Part shown: positions 26,451-38,717 of the stretch, one piece after another
Numbering within the stretch: the stretch's first letter is position 1
Layout of the letters: the number at the start of each line of letters is the position of its first letter
DNA from: Antedon mediterranea
Taxonomy: Eukaryota; Animalia; Echinodermata
Assembly (NCBI RefSeq): GCF_964355755.1
Contig: NC_092673.1
Coordinates: forward strand, 25,727,648-25,791,647
Direction of reading: 5' to 3'
DNA: 64,000 bases
The notes under the pieces: generated by a model
Database searches by the model: none
What the model saw: only the letters and a program-made list of their open reading frames with translations
Told to the model about the DNA's origin: nothing
Made by a program: the position numbers and the translations under genes

Positions 26451-29033
26451 CTAATCTTCAATTAATGGATTTTGAAAATCTGTTACAGCGACTATAAGGT
26501 TTCTGTCGTATTCTTCCAATACCGTTACCGTTTCTTTGTACAATTTAAGCTGCTCTGTTGATATATTATAATTGACTGATGATATTTCCGTTGGAGTTTC
26601 TTCTCCTAACTCGTTTAACTAAAAAAAAATTATTATTATTATCGTTAACGTGTATCAACACAATTATATTAGTATATAAAAGTTCATCATTGTTGCTAGT
26701 TTTCTAATCTGAGTTTCCAGTTTCTAATTGCAGACAAAAGTCTATCAACTTCCAAGAACTCAACACATAGACTTGTGTTTACCATATCACTTTTAGATTA
26801 TAGTAAAGTCTACATTTTTTAAATAATTGATAGTAGATTGGAATTCTGTTTCCTATTAAATTATCGACCAATCAACTTCTGTCTTTAAAAAATGTTTTCG
26901 TTTGTATTATTATAGTGTCATTAAATATTACATGTTAATTTGTATGATGTTATTAATAAAGATCAAAGACGTTTGTTATAATTATTAATACGAAATTTAA
27001 CCAATTTGGGCAAGATTAAGAAAAGATGGAATTACTCTCCCATTCCGGTCTTTTTTAATGTATTACGTTTATTGAGTTTTATGTTAGTTTACTGTTAATA
27101 TATGATTTTAAGTATTATACAATAAAGTTATAGTTCTGTTCTGTACTTACTTTTGTCTTTATCATTGTTAAAACATAATTTGTAGATGTAATAATGCTCT
27201 GAAATTCGTCGACGTAGTTAGTAGGATAATCTGTGTATGCAGTGACTTCAGCAGATATAATTCGTATGATGAATTCCTTGTAACCTTCCAAAGTATCCAG
27301 GTGCATAGTAAGTATAGCCTACAAAATAGTAATGAATATGCTTGTAAATCCACTGACCTTAACTTCTACTAAGACTATTAATTGTGTAGGCCTACAACAA
27401 GCTTAAACAGTAGTAAATCAAAAGTTTATCAGACAAATATTTATTATAATGGAAGAGGTTACATAATTATTACATTATTATTATATTATTACATAATCGT
27501 CCAATGAAATGTAATAACCCATGTGTCCAACTAACACCACGGTAAAAAGAAACCATCTGACCATGAATTAGTAATGGCTACAATTCGAGAGTAGAACCTA
27601 AATAATGCAGTATTTTCTACTTATAAGAGCAATATAATAATGTTCCTTTTTTTTCGTGATCCATGCTCACGAGACTTTTCAGAATAAAGTATTTATCCAA
27701 ACAATTATCGTCTCTTTGTGTTTCTCTCTTTGTTTTAACACATGAGCAAGCCTAACTGAAAAATAAAATTATTTTTACCTGATTTGTGTTAGCAATTGCT
27801 GATTGTGGTAGTTCGGATCTTATGGATGCGCTTTCCGAGTCTTTATCAAATCGGCTTATTTTCTACAATCAAAATATGAAATATTATTTATAGTTATATT
27901 AAATATAACTGAATATTAAATAAGTATTCCCCTCTTATGAATTGTCATTAAACTGTTAGATAATGATTGCAAATGTAAATTGTACAGGATTATACTAATA
28001 TTAAAAAATAATTATTAATTATAATAATATGGAGAGAATAGAGCATGTAGGAATATGTTCACTGTATTTCTCAAACTTGTGTCAGGAATTTGGCACTACA
28101 ACTTTACCGATTCTCAATGCTGTATATACGACAATATTCGAATTTAAGTAACATAGGAATTCGGTAATAAGCATCTCATGTGTATCACATGTAGGGTCTG
28201 TATCATGTAAGGTTACAAATACTTACATAATTATTAAGAGTGTTAAGCGTAAGTTCTTTTAATTCTGCTGCTGCCGTTGCAAGTTCGGACCATGTCTGTA
28301 CAAAACAAAATGTTCAATATTATTGGGGGTAAAATAATATACTATTTTGATAAGTTATACCTTATTCATGGGCCAGTTGAAAAATAGCCTCAATTAAAAA
28401 CCCTTTTCCGACCTAAAAGACAGCGTACGGTACGCAAGGTACCGTAATAATAAATTAAACCTGGAGTACTTACAGGTACGTTTCTTCGTGTTGGTTTTGC
28501 TGATGTACATAGTACAAACACAGTCACTAAATAAATAGAGAAATGGAATGATTATAATTTAAATATAAATTTTTGAATAAGATTTGATTGTGATAGAATA
28601 TTAAAAGATAACTGGTTTATTTTTCCATTTTATGTAAAGTTGAAAGTTAATCTAATAATTATTGGCCTTCTTTTAAAATATTAACACACGTTATACACAT
28701 TTTGGGGCCCAAAAAAGTATGAAAAAAAAAATAACGAAAGATATGGTTATAACTATGAAACATTTATAAGTTGTACAATATACGTAGGCCAAAATAGTCT
28801 AGGTTCTAGACGGAGTTCTGACTTAATTTTTGTAAAAACCTTAATATTTTTGGCCCACATGGCGTTTCATACGTATACTATTTTATAGCTCGTAGTTAAA
28901 AACAAAAATAAATACAGACTTGGACAAGTCTATAAGGCCAATATTAATTATATATGAATAAGTAAAACTTAAAATATTATTTAGAAAACTTACTAATCAA
29001 ACAGCAGATAGTAGCTACTTTTGTGGCCTTCAT
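26451..29033 (-). CDS. Gene C: secreted four-helix-bundle cytokine candidate, 6 exons, 193 aa
   Basis: Exons 29033-28994, 28526-28474, 28295-28227, 27862-27779, 27318-27151 and 26618-26451, all GT-AG, phases 1,0,0,0,0: MKATKVATICCLIMTVFVLCTSA-KPTRRNVP/TWSELATAAAELKELTLNTLNNY/KISRFDKDSESASIRSELPQSAIANTNQ/AILTMHLDTLEGYKEFIIRIISAEVTAYTDYPTNYVDEFQSIITSTNYVLTMIKTK/LNELGEETPTEISSVNYNISTEQLKLYKETVTVLEEYDRNLIVAVTDFQNPLIED*. Confidence 0.88.
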
Positions 29034-29238
29034 CTTTTAAAGAAATCTTCTTCGTTGTTCGTTAAGTTAGGTTAGGTCTGGTAGTCAATATAGTCGTCTT
29101 CTTAATGTCGATACGATGTTGATGTTTAAATAAATATGTCTTAGCCTATAAACAGGGTGATCTTCGTATATACGGTATCTGATGTGTCTCGTTGAATCGG
29201 GTAGTTGGTACTTATCTGCAGTCTCAATGTTAGTTTGA

Positions 29239-29290
29239 TTTTATATACATTTTGAACAGGATTTTCTGATACCAGACCCGACGTCATAAA
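29239..29290 (-). promoter_or_regulatory. TATA + CRE-like (ATGACGTCGG) proximal promoter conserved in C, D (~44128-44170) and E (~50955-51003)
   Basis: 'tttatata' and 'ccgacgtcat' keep similar spacing in three otherwise diverged promoters. Confidence 0.55.
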
Positions 29291-30229
29291 TAAAAAAATA
29301 ACTAAAACGGGAATATTTTAAGGAAATAAACGGGAATATTTTAAGGAAATAAACATCAATCTAAAGAACTTTGGTGTAATTTACAATTAATAGAATTTTT
29401 AATTTTCTTTTTAAAATTTCTAATGTGAAGATTTTTACCGGTAAATTTACACGAAATTATTATTTACGAGATACTGCAATAAATGTCCTTTTTTGTTTTT
29501 ATCTATCTATAAATAGTAGGCCTATTATTATTTGTTGTTGCTGTAGGATATGTTATTTAGGTAGCTTATCGTTCTTTTTTTATAAATTTATCTTTCTATA
29601 TGTAACATTTTAACATATTATTGTTATTGTATAGGAATTTAGGTAGTCCTATTGTTGTATTGTCCCCCAAAAACATGGAAAATTAAAATCAAAATAATTA
29701 AGAATTAAATCAGACTTTGAATATGTTATTTTGTAGTTTTACTAAAGTCAATCCCTTCCGTAAAAAAACTGAATATCAAATGACAAAATAAATGGTCAAA
29801 ATCAATCAAAAACCCATAGGGCTGGCAGCCAATTTTGCTTTAAATTACAGTTTTTTCAGGTAAATAAATTTAGTTTTTCAATCAATTTTTGGTCAAAGTG
29901 GATAACTATTATGTGACATTAAAATGGCGTATTCAACAAGAAATTGCAAAAATTAAGTGGACAGGTGGACAATACATCTTTTATTGAAACTTTCTATAAC
30001 ACATACAATTAAACTTATAATATGTTATCTTAGCATTTCTTTTTGTTTTGTTTATTGTTTTACGTTGATTACCCTGCCCTGCGGCAGCTGTGAGGGTGCT
30101 TACTTTTGTTTTTAATTTCAATAATCTCTGTTGCGCGTGCGTACAACTGAGGACTAGTGCTGTTCCGCCGTACCACGCCGAGAGTGTTAAAGAGTCGTTA
30201 TCCAATCGAGTTCGAACAATACCATGAAA

Positions 30230-30301
30230 GCCCCAGTGGTCTAATGGTTAGGACATCTGCATATCAAGCAGGCGGTCCGAGTTCGAGTCTCGGTTGGGGC
30301 G
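30230..30301 (+). tRNA. tRNA-like cloverleaf (anticodon ATC; Asp/Glu-derived) inside a repeat; probably a pseudogene or SINE head
   Basis: GCCCCAG/TTGGGGC acceptor stem, GTCT-AATGGTTA-GGAC D arm, TCTGC-ATATCAA-GCAGG anticodon arm, CCGAG-TTCGAGT-CTCGG T arm, followed by a T-run. Confidence 0.5.
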
Positions 30302-30593
30302 ACTTTTTCTCATTCTCACAGATTTCCTCATCTTTATCGTTTCAAATTAATTAATTAAATTTCAGTATATCACCGGGCGGTTTAGAATTAATGTTCTTTG
30401 CCTCTTGTGTTTATATATATAAAAGTATCTCTTCGGAGATCCCGCCTCGTGAATAAAAATACTGAAAGATGAGGGCGTATCAATTTGATCTCTGTTGCGC
30501 GTGCGTACAACTGAGGACTAGTGCTGTTCCACCGTACCACGCCGAGAGTGTTAAAGAGTCGTTATCCAATCGAGTTCGAACAATACCATGAAA

Positions 30594-30665
30594 GCCCCAG
30601 TGGTCTAATGGTTAGGACATCTGCATTTCAAGCAGGCGGTCCGAGTTCGAGTCTCGGTTGGGGCA
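30594..30665 (+). tRNA. tRNA-like cloverleaf (anticodon TTC, Glu-like), second tandem copy
   Basis: Same fold with anticodon loop ATTTCAA, followed by a long T-run. It lies in the direct repeat 30125-30301 / 30489-30665. Confidence 0.5.
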
Positions 30666-30753
30666 ATTTTTTTTTTTTGGATCTCAATGGAGATACAAAA
30701 ATAAAAAGCGAAAAGCTAAATCAAAACGATAAAGTAAACAGCCAGAAAAGTTA

Positions 30754-30790
30754 GCAGAGCTTTCGGGCAACACTAGGCCTTCATCAGTGC
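30754..30790 (-). ncRNA. Minimal type-I hammerhead ribozyme-like motif (Penelope-type), partly degenerate
   Basis: Minus strand reads GCA-CTGATGA-A-GGCCTAGTGTTGCCC-GAAA-GCTC-TGC: both core boxes, a palindromic AGCT stem III and a short GCA/TGC stem I. Stem II has mismatches. Confidence 0.55.
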
Positions 30791-33614
30791 AAGTGAAGGA
30801 ATTTGGATAACGTCATAGTATAAAGCTGGCAAGTGCTGCCTGGGTGGACAGGAATAAAAGAAATATGACAAAGGGAGCCAGGGTGGAGTCTGAATAAGAG
30901 TAGAAAACAAAGAAGGTAGCTTGGTAGAGATATAAACAATTTTGGAATGAGACTAAAAAACAGCTAAAATGGTGGTTAATATTGAAACTTAAATTTTGGT
31001 AGTCAATGGAATAATTTTACCGATCTGGGAGTATGTATATATATATATCAAAGTCTGATTAATCTTCATTTTTCATGTTTTTGGGGGACAATACATCTTT
31101 AAATGACGTCCAACCAAGATCAATGATAATAAGAAATCATAATTTCTTGACTTGATTTTAGCAGCACGTTTTTATTTCTTAGAACTATCAATAAAACAAT
31201 GTAAGGTATTACTCCATACTGTAATTCCATATTCAGTAAACAAAAATGTTCAAACAATTTGACTAGACTATATTGTCATACACCTGCTGGACTCATTCCC
31301 AGGTGTGCTTCCGTCGGACCCATTCCCGGGCGATTTGTCTGAGATGATCATCGAAGTTACCTACTGAAAGACGAGTATCCCATGAAAAACCAATATATTT
31401 AGATGTAGTAAATTTGTTATTGTTACGAATAGAATGAATACGATATTAAATGTGTCATTCAAACTTAATGCTGTTAAAGTGTTGTGTGTGAACCAACATT
31501 TTTAGTCAGATTTAGTTCGTTCATGTTCAAGCTGAAATGATCATCAATTTGTATCCAAGATATTGAACTGATTGTTCCAAATTCTCCACAAACATTTAGA
31601 GTTATATTTGATTTTAGATCGAAAAAAATTCATTCATCCGATAAAACCGTAATTTAAAGAAATAAAATATTCAATTGCAAAGCACATAAACGTCAATGTT
31701 TTTCTGGTTAAATTTAATCGTTTTTTACCCAATATGGTTGTTTTCTTTTTGGCAAAAGTGAGGTTTAGGAAAAAAAAGTCGATTCTCACCTGCGGCAGTA
31801 CTACTGTATGAGTGTATTGTCTCTGACGTAATACTGTACCGTACGAGTATCGAATAAGGAAACATTTTGTTGTCTTATGTAGGATCGACCCACATTTATT
31901 TCTTCATCAATGTTCGTTTACAATGCATTGCACTTGATGTAATATTACCATACAATACAACTGAATATAAATCACTTTCAGTACATCTTATATCTCACTC
32001 CTACCATTGCATTTTATAATAGTAAGGAAAGAAGAAAAAAACAATATTTTCCTCTATGTTATACCTCTTACACGTTTTTCAATCCTCAACAATGTACGTA
32101 TAATATAGCACAGAATTCTATATTTTATAACTCTTTTTATCTATTTCAGGCGAATAGGAAACCATTGTAACTTTAGATAGGTACTGGATGTTTCGTGTTT
32201 CTCAAAATCGTATTCGGCTATTTGAAGATATTCATCATATTCTCCCAACCTTGAGCGTTTCGGCTTTCAGCATCACTTTTTTCAAGTTGTGGGGTTAAGT
32301 GTTGGCATAAGTAACAAATATGATAGGATAAAAATCATTCGTATACTTCCGTTTTATTTTATTTTGCAATTAAATTAATATATATTTATTACACAATTAT
32401 TATATATAGCATATAACAAGGTTAAATAGTTAAAAACAAGAAAATAGGCACGTAATATAATATACTTCATCAATGTTCTGTAGCACACGTAATTATAAAT
32501 TATCCATGACTTTTACTATCATTTACAATAAATAAAGTAAACTTATTTTGTGTTTAATTAATTTAATTTAAAATTTAAATTATCTTTATTAATCCTTTTG
32601 AAAATTCATTGACCTATATATATATAAATATTAAATTAAATGTACAAAAACATCATAAATAAAATATATACATATCTATTTCAATACTTCTTAAAATAAT
32701 ATAGGACTATGTGACTTTTTAGTGTCATCCTGTATAAATATATTAAATAGTTATATACATAAATAAATATTCGTAAAATTTATAAAACGATGGAGACACC
32801 TGTAATATATTATATTTTCTAAAGGCATTGTAACCTATTACACAATTATTATAAAAGCAAGTAAAATCGAGAAATCTTAGCATTATTGGAGCACTTATGA
32901 AAGACAAAACATTACATTCAGCAAAATAATTCAACCAATCACTCTTGAAGCATCTTCTATAATCTATATCATTACATAGTTTTATCATTCACTGAATATC
33001 ATATAAAAATATGTAATTAATAGTAAATTATTGCTTCTTTCTGATTGGTTTAAAGCTAACACGCTATAATTTAATAAAGATAAAGTTATATTTGTATCCA
33101 TTTTTATTTCATTTTATATTGAAATTGAACTATTTAAAAAACTTTTAGAACTTATTGCAATCTGCTCTGGAAAACTGTAATATAGCTAATCTTCAATTAA
33201 TGGATTTTGAAAATCTGTTACAGCGACTATGAGGTTTCGATCATATCCTTCCAACACCATAAGCGTTTCTTTGTATAAAGTAAGTTGTTCTGTTGATATA
33301 GTACAATTGACTGGTATTTTCGTCGAAGTTTCTTCTACTAGCTAAAAAAAAACAATAATTAGTATCTTTAACGTGTATCAACAATATTATATTAGTATAA
33401 AGTTCAGTCTACACTATCAAACTATTTTGACATATCACATATTTTGTCGCATAACATTTGAAGTATAGACAGAGCTTAAAAGTACATCTAGTGTTCTTTG
33501 TTTTGTTAAACGTACTGTACCTCTAATATGAGTTGCCAGTTCAGACGAAAGTCTATCAACCAAGAACTCAACTCCATATTACTTACAGATTACTAATATA
33601 GTGTAGCTTATATA

Positions 33615-33858
33615 AGCCGGTGAGGTTAGGTGAGTCCCGTGTTATCTGAACGTAGGGGAATGAGCTGTTGGCTCATTGTACTAAGCCTCGGCATTATGTG
33701 GTAGGGTGGCCAGTTCCGTGTCGCCTTTTTTCTCCCTAGTATTTTTCAACAAGGTACTTATTTTACAGCTGAGTGGACTGGGAGTTGTCGGGAATTGAAC
33801 CCGGGTCTATCTGTATGATATTCAAGTGTTCTAACCACTCGGCTATCCAACTTCCCCT
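33615..33858 (-). mobile_element. tRNA-derived SINE in intron 5 of gene D (equivalent copy 47850-48085 in E)
   Basis: On the minus strand: TAGCCGAGTGGTTAG...GGTTCAATTCCCG...CCACTCAGCTGTAAAATAAGTACC. Absent from the equivalent intron of gene C. Confidence 0.7.
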
Positions 33859-35118
33859 ATGAGCCGGTATGATTGTGTAAATAATTGGTACTAAATCAGC
33901 AGATTGGAATTCTGTTTCCTATTAAATTACCTTCCAATCAAATTCTGTCAAAATTGTTTTCGATTGTATCTCTTACTTTCTTAATATTATTAACTATTAT
34001 GTAACACGAGTTCATAAAGATTACAGACGTTTGTTATAATATTATTAATAACAATAGGCTAATAATAATAATACAAATAATACAAATTTAACAATTTAAC
34101 GAATTCAAGCAAGATTAAGAAAAGATGGAATTATTTTTCCATTCTGTTTTAATATAATATGTTTATTAAGTTTTGTGTTAGATTATATTTCATTGTTCAC
34201 AGGTTATTTTTGAGTTCCGTACTTACTTTATTCTTTATCTTGCTAATAACTTCATCTGTAGATGTAATAATTTTCTGAAATGCGTTAACGTAGTTAGTAG
34301 GATAATCTTTGTATACAGTAGCTTCAGTAGATTTAATTCGTAAGATGTATTCCTTATAACCTTCCAAGGTGTGCATGTTCATATCAAGTATATCCTACAA
34401 AATAGTAATAAATATGCATGTAAATTCACTGTCCTTACTTTTTCTACATTAAGAATATTAATTAAGATGTAGGTTTACAACAATGCTTAAAAAGTAAATT
34501 TCAGACAAAAACGGAGCAAATTACATAAAGTTGCAAAGTATAAAGCACATGGAGTAATCATAATGGAAGAGGCAACATAGTTATTATGTGACGAATCGTC
34601 AAATGAAATGTTTAATAACCTATGTGTCCAAACATTTCCCCTGTAGGACTGCATTTCACGGTGCAAAAAACCATACTGACCGTTTACATGACCATGGGTA
34701 CAATTCGAGATTAGCGCCTAAATAAAGTAGCATCCTACAGTATTTTATATTCATCATCACTTATAAGGGATATAATATTAATAGTAATAGGTATAATTAT
34801 GTTCTTTTTGTCGTAATCCGTGCTCACGAGACTTTTCAGAATAAAGTATTTATCCAAACCATCATCGTCTCTGTTTTACACACACACACACACACACACA
34901 TAGCAAGCCTAACTGCAAAGTAGTAATTATTTTTACCTGATCTGTGTGATTTATATTAAATGCTGATTCTGGTAATCCACCACTAGTAGGCATGTTAAGG
35001 TGCATATTTTAGGCAAATCCTTCAAATTGTGATAATATTTTGAAACTTTGCACAGTTATTCATTAGGGTGTCAAAAACATAAAATGGAAGGGTTGCACAA
35101 AATTTGGTCAGGGGAAAG

Positions 35119-35750
35119 CCGCCATTTTGGATTTCAAAATGGCGGACCCCAAATTTTCACTTTTCAGGTATATCTCTGCTAAAAAGGCACCTAGAGTTCT
35201 GATTTTAGTTGCAAATTATATGGTAGTGGGGTCACCAAACATATTGGTATAACTAAAATTTTGATTGCATGGCGGCCATGTTTGATTTCAAAATGGCGGA
35301 CCCCAAATTTTCACTTTTCAGGTATATCTCTGCTAAAAAGGCACCTAGAGTTCTGATTTTAGGTGCAAATTATATGGTAGTGGGGTCACCAAACATATTG
35401 GTATAACTAACATTTTGATTGCATGGCGGCCATGTTGGATTTCAAAATGGCGGACTTCAAATTTTCACTTTTCAGGTATATCTCTGCTAAAAAGGCACCT
35501 AGAGTTCTGATTTTAGGTGCAAATTATATGGTAATGGGGTCACCAAACATATTAGTATAACTAACATTTTGATTGCATGGTGGCCATTTTGGATTTCAAA
35601 ATGGCGGACCCCAAATTTTCACTTTTCAGGTATATCTCTGCTAAAAGGGTACACAGAGTTCTGATTTTAGGTGCAAATTATATGGTAATGGGTCACCAAA
35701 CATTGGTATAACGTCTTTGATTGCATTGCCGCCGGCGGCCATTTTGAACG
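35119..35750. repeat. 154-bp subterminal tandem repeat (~4 units); mirrored at ~37840-38596 and repeated in copy 2
   Basis: 'ttttcaggtatatctctgc' recurs at 35161, 35315, 35469 and 35623. Each unit carries the near-palindrome CCGCCATTTTGGATTTCAAAATGGCGG or a close variant. Confidence 0.9.
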
Positions 35751-35809
35751 TAGCTCAAACTGTACTGGCTTTACACTATTTGTTTATGTTTATAGTTACA
35801 TGCATTTAA

Positions 35810-37770
35810 CATGGACACTTATTGTATGTCACATTTTCCCTGGCAACCACACAGCTCTGTATATCGTAAATCACTCTTTCTGCATTTACAGCGTCCAAGA
35901 TCACATTCGGTGTGTCCACAGCGAATTAAAACCTTTGTGACATCTGAGAGTGTGGAGCACTGTGGCGCAGTGGTTAGAGCATTGGACTTGCAATCAAGAG
36001 GTTGCTGGTTCAAGCCCGGTCGGTCACTGCAGTGTTGGGTCCTTAAGCAAGATTCTTTATCCACATTGTTCCTCCCCACCAGATGATAGAAATTGGTACC
36101 GGTATGTAAAAAGTACTGGGAAGGTAAATCAGACTCGTTTGTGCGGGAGGAGTGGCGTACCCCCACAAACATACACACTTAGTGGAGTCTGGCACAAACG
36201 CTAAAGAAATGGAGATGGGCACCACGGCCATTATCATTAGCTTAGGTCTCGACACTTTACCTTACAGACAATGACATCCTATCGAAAACTGAAGTCATTA
36301 ATGGCATCTTTTTCCAAGTCGGGTTAAATGTAGCTTTACCTTTTCCTTGAACAGATGAAGTTGTATCACAACCGCTAAAGGAATGAAAGAACAAGTAAGC
36401 GGCTGATGCTTGTGGTCCAAGAGAAGAAACAATCTCGTGTATTGGGATGTGCTTCCCCACTCCAAACTCGATTCAAAACTTGTGGATCCTAGGTATTCTG
36501 TGGAAAGCTGACAATGCAATAACAATAACATCACTGTCTACAGTCTTGACAAGAATGCGCGGAAAAATTTCAGCGGCATGTTTAACATGAACAAACATAC
36601 ATTCATCTGCCTCTATGTTACATGGCATCAGCAGTTGTATATTTACAGACTGGTTTGTTGCTGCTCTGTCTCCTAGAGACCCTACAAACATTCCGTGATT
36701 TGTGTCAACTTCGATCAGTGACACGACTAGATTGGTTTTTCGATAGATACTTTAATGACAGTTTAAAGTCTGGTACGCGTTCAAACCGCGTTTCTGGTGT
36801 AAGGAGGGTCGTTAAAGCCAGCGGGAGCATGCCCAACAATTGGACCACATTTTTTAGATTTGATGACAACAAATCAGAGTTGTTTTCATTTATTGTAACT
36901 GAAGTAGTAGAGAACATTGGCACAAATCAAGGAATGTTTGTAGGGTCTTTGGGAGACAGAGCTGTAACAAACCAGTAAATATACAATCGCTGATGCCATG
37001 TAACATAGAAGAGGCAGATGAACGTATGTTTGTTCACGTTAAACTTGCCGCTGAAATTTTCGACGCATTGTCAAGACTGTACACAGTGATGTTGTTGTCA
37101 GCTTTCCACAGAATACCTGGCATCCACGAGCTTCTGATCGAGTTTGGAGTGGGGAAGCACTTGAAGTACATCCCAATACATGAGATTGCTTCTTCTCTTG
37201 GATCACAAGCATCAGCCGCTTACTTGTTCTTTCATACCATTAGCGGTTGTGATAGAACTTCATCTGTTTAAGGAAAAGGTAAAGCTACATTTAACGAGAC
37301 TTTGAAAAAGATGCCATGTATGACTCCAGTTTTTGAGAGGATGTCATTGTCTGTAGGGCATGTTAATGAAACAGACACAGATTATCTAGAACAGTTTGTT
37401 GTAACTATGTCTACTGCAGAACATTTAATGATGCAAGACGATATCTTTTTACAAGAGAAAGACTATTGAAAATATCCCCCAACATCTGCGGCATTAAGAG
37501 AACATGTGAAGCGGAAGCCAGGAAGTGGTACGAATGTCTAGATGCATTCAGGGTTGAACAGGACCCAGCAAACTGGGGATAGAGGAAGGACGGCAACAAA
37601 TTTAGTCCAGCTTGGAGTTCATTGCTTGGAGAACTTTCAGATGTCACAAAGGTTTTAATTCGCTTTGGACACACCGACTGTGATCTTGGATGATGTAAAT
37701 GCAGAAAGAGTGATTTACGATGTACAGAGCTGTGTGGTTGCCAGGGAAAATGTGACCTACAATAAGTGTC
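35810..37770. pseudogene. Degenerate 3' part of an Academ protein gene (XPG-like nuclease + Cys-rich zinc finger), in both orientations
   Basis: Plus-strand fragments 36720-37770 (FFDRYFNDSLKSGTRSNR...PNNWTTFFRFDDNKSELFSFI, EEADERMFVHV, SGCD) and a minus-strand mirror at 36705-35819; both carry stops and frameshifts. Repeated at +3734. Confidence 0.8.
35952..36258 (+). mobile_element. tRNA-derived SINE nested in the left arm of the Academ-like element (also 39686-39992)
   Basis: A box TGGCGCAGTGG and B box GGTTCAAGCCC, followed by a SINE-core-like 'gtccttaagcaagattctttatccacattg'. Absent from the mirror arm. Confidence 0.75.
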
Positions 37771-38717
37771 CGTGTTAAATGCATGTAATTATGAACATAA
37801 ACACATATTGTAAAGCCAGTACGGGTTGAGCTACATTCAAAATGGCCGCCATGCAATCAATGACGTTATACTAATATGTTTGTTGACCTCAATACTATAT
37901 TATACTTTGTACCTAAAATTATAACTGTAGGTACCGTACTGAAACATTTTGAGTTCGCCATTTTGAAATTCAAAATGACCGCCATGCAATAAAAATGTCA
38001 GTTAAATACCAATATGTTTGGTTACGCATTACCATATAATTGGCACCTAAAATCAGAACTCTGTACCTTTTTAGCAGAGATACCTGAAAAGTGAAAATTT
38101 GAAGTCCGCCATTTTGAAATCCAAAATGGCCGCCGTGCAATCAAAATGTTAGTTATACCAATATGTTTGGTGACCCCATTAACATATAATTTGCACCTAA
38201 AATCAGAACTCTAGGTGCCTTTTTCGCAGAGATATACCTGAAAAATGGAAATTTGAAATCCGCCATTTTGAAATCCAACATGGCCGCCATAGAATCAAAA
38301 TGTTAGTTATACCAGTATGTTTGGTGACCCCACTACCATATAATTTGCACCTAAAATCAGAACTCTAGGTGCCTCTTTAGCAGAGAAATACCTAAAAAGT
38401 GAAAATTTGAAGTCCGCCATTTTGAAATCCAAAATGGCCGCCATGCAATTAAAATGTTAGTTATACCAATATGTTGGGTGACCCCATTACCATATAATTT
38501 GCACCTAAATTCAGAACTCTAGGTGCCTATTTAGCAGAGATATACCTGAAAAGTGAACAATTTGGGTCCGCCATTTTGAAATCCAAAATGGCGGCTTTCC
38601 CCTGACCAAATTTTGTGCAACCCTTCCATTTCATATTTTTGACACCCTAATGAATAACTGTGCAAAGTTTCAGAATGTTATCACAATTTGAAGGATTGGG
38701 TCACTTAACAGGCCTAC

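Noticed and set aside
32743-32988. Duplicated 81-aa ORF (also 46978-47223)
   Set aside because: It lies in the 3' UTR region of D/E, is conserved only because of the recent duplication, is largely deleted in C and has no recognisable motif.
35119-35750. Regular repeats as a CRISPR array
   Set aside because: Whole 154-bp units repeat with no unique spacers, the context is eukaryotic and there are no cas genes.
35955-36030. tRNA-Cys (GCA) gene
   Set aside because: The acceptor stem does not pair and the sequence runs into a SINE body; it is a SINE head.
35811-36255. Overlapping ORFs on both strands (35811+, 35819-, 35950+, 36043-) as real genes
   Set aside because: They are chance frames across a SINE joined to the Academ Cys-finger relic; only the minus-strand Cys-rich end is homologous coding sequence.
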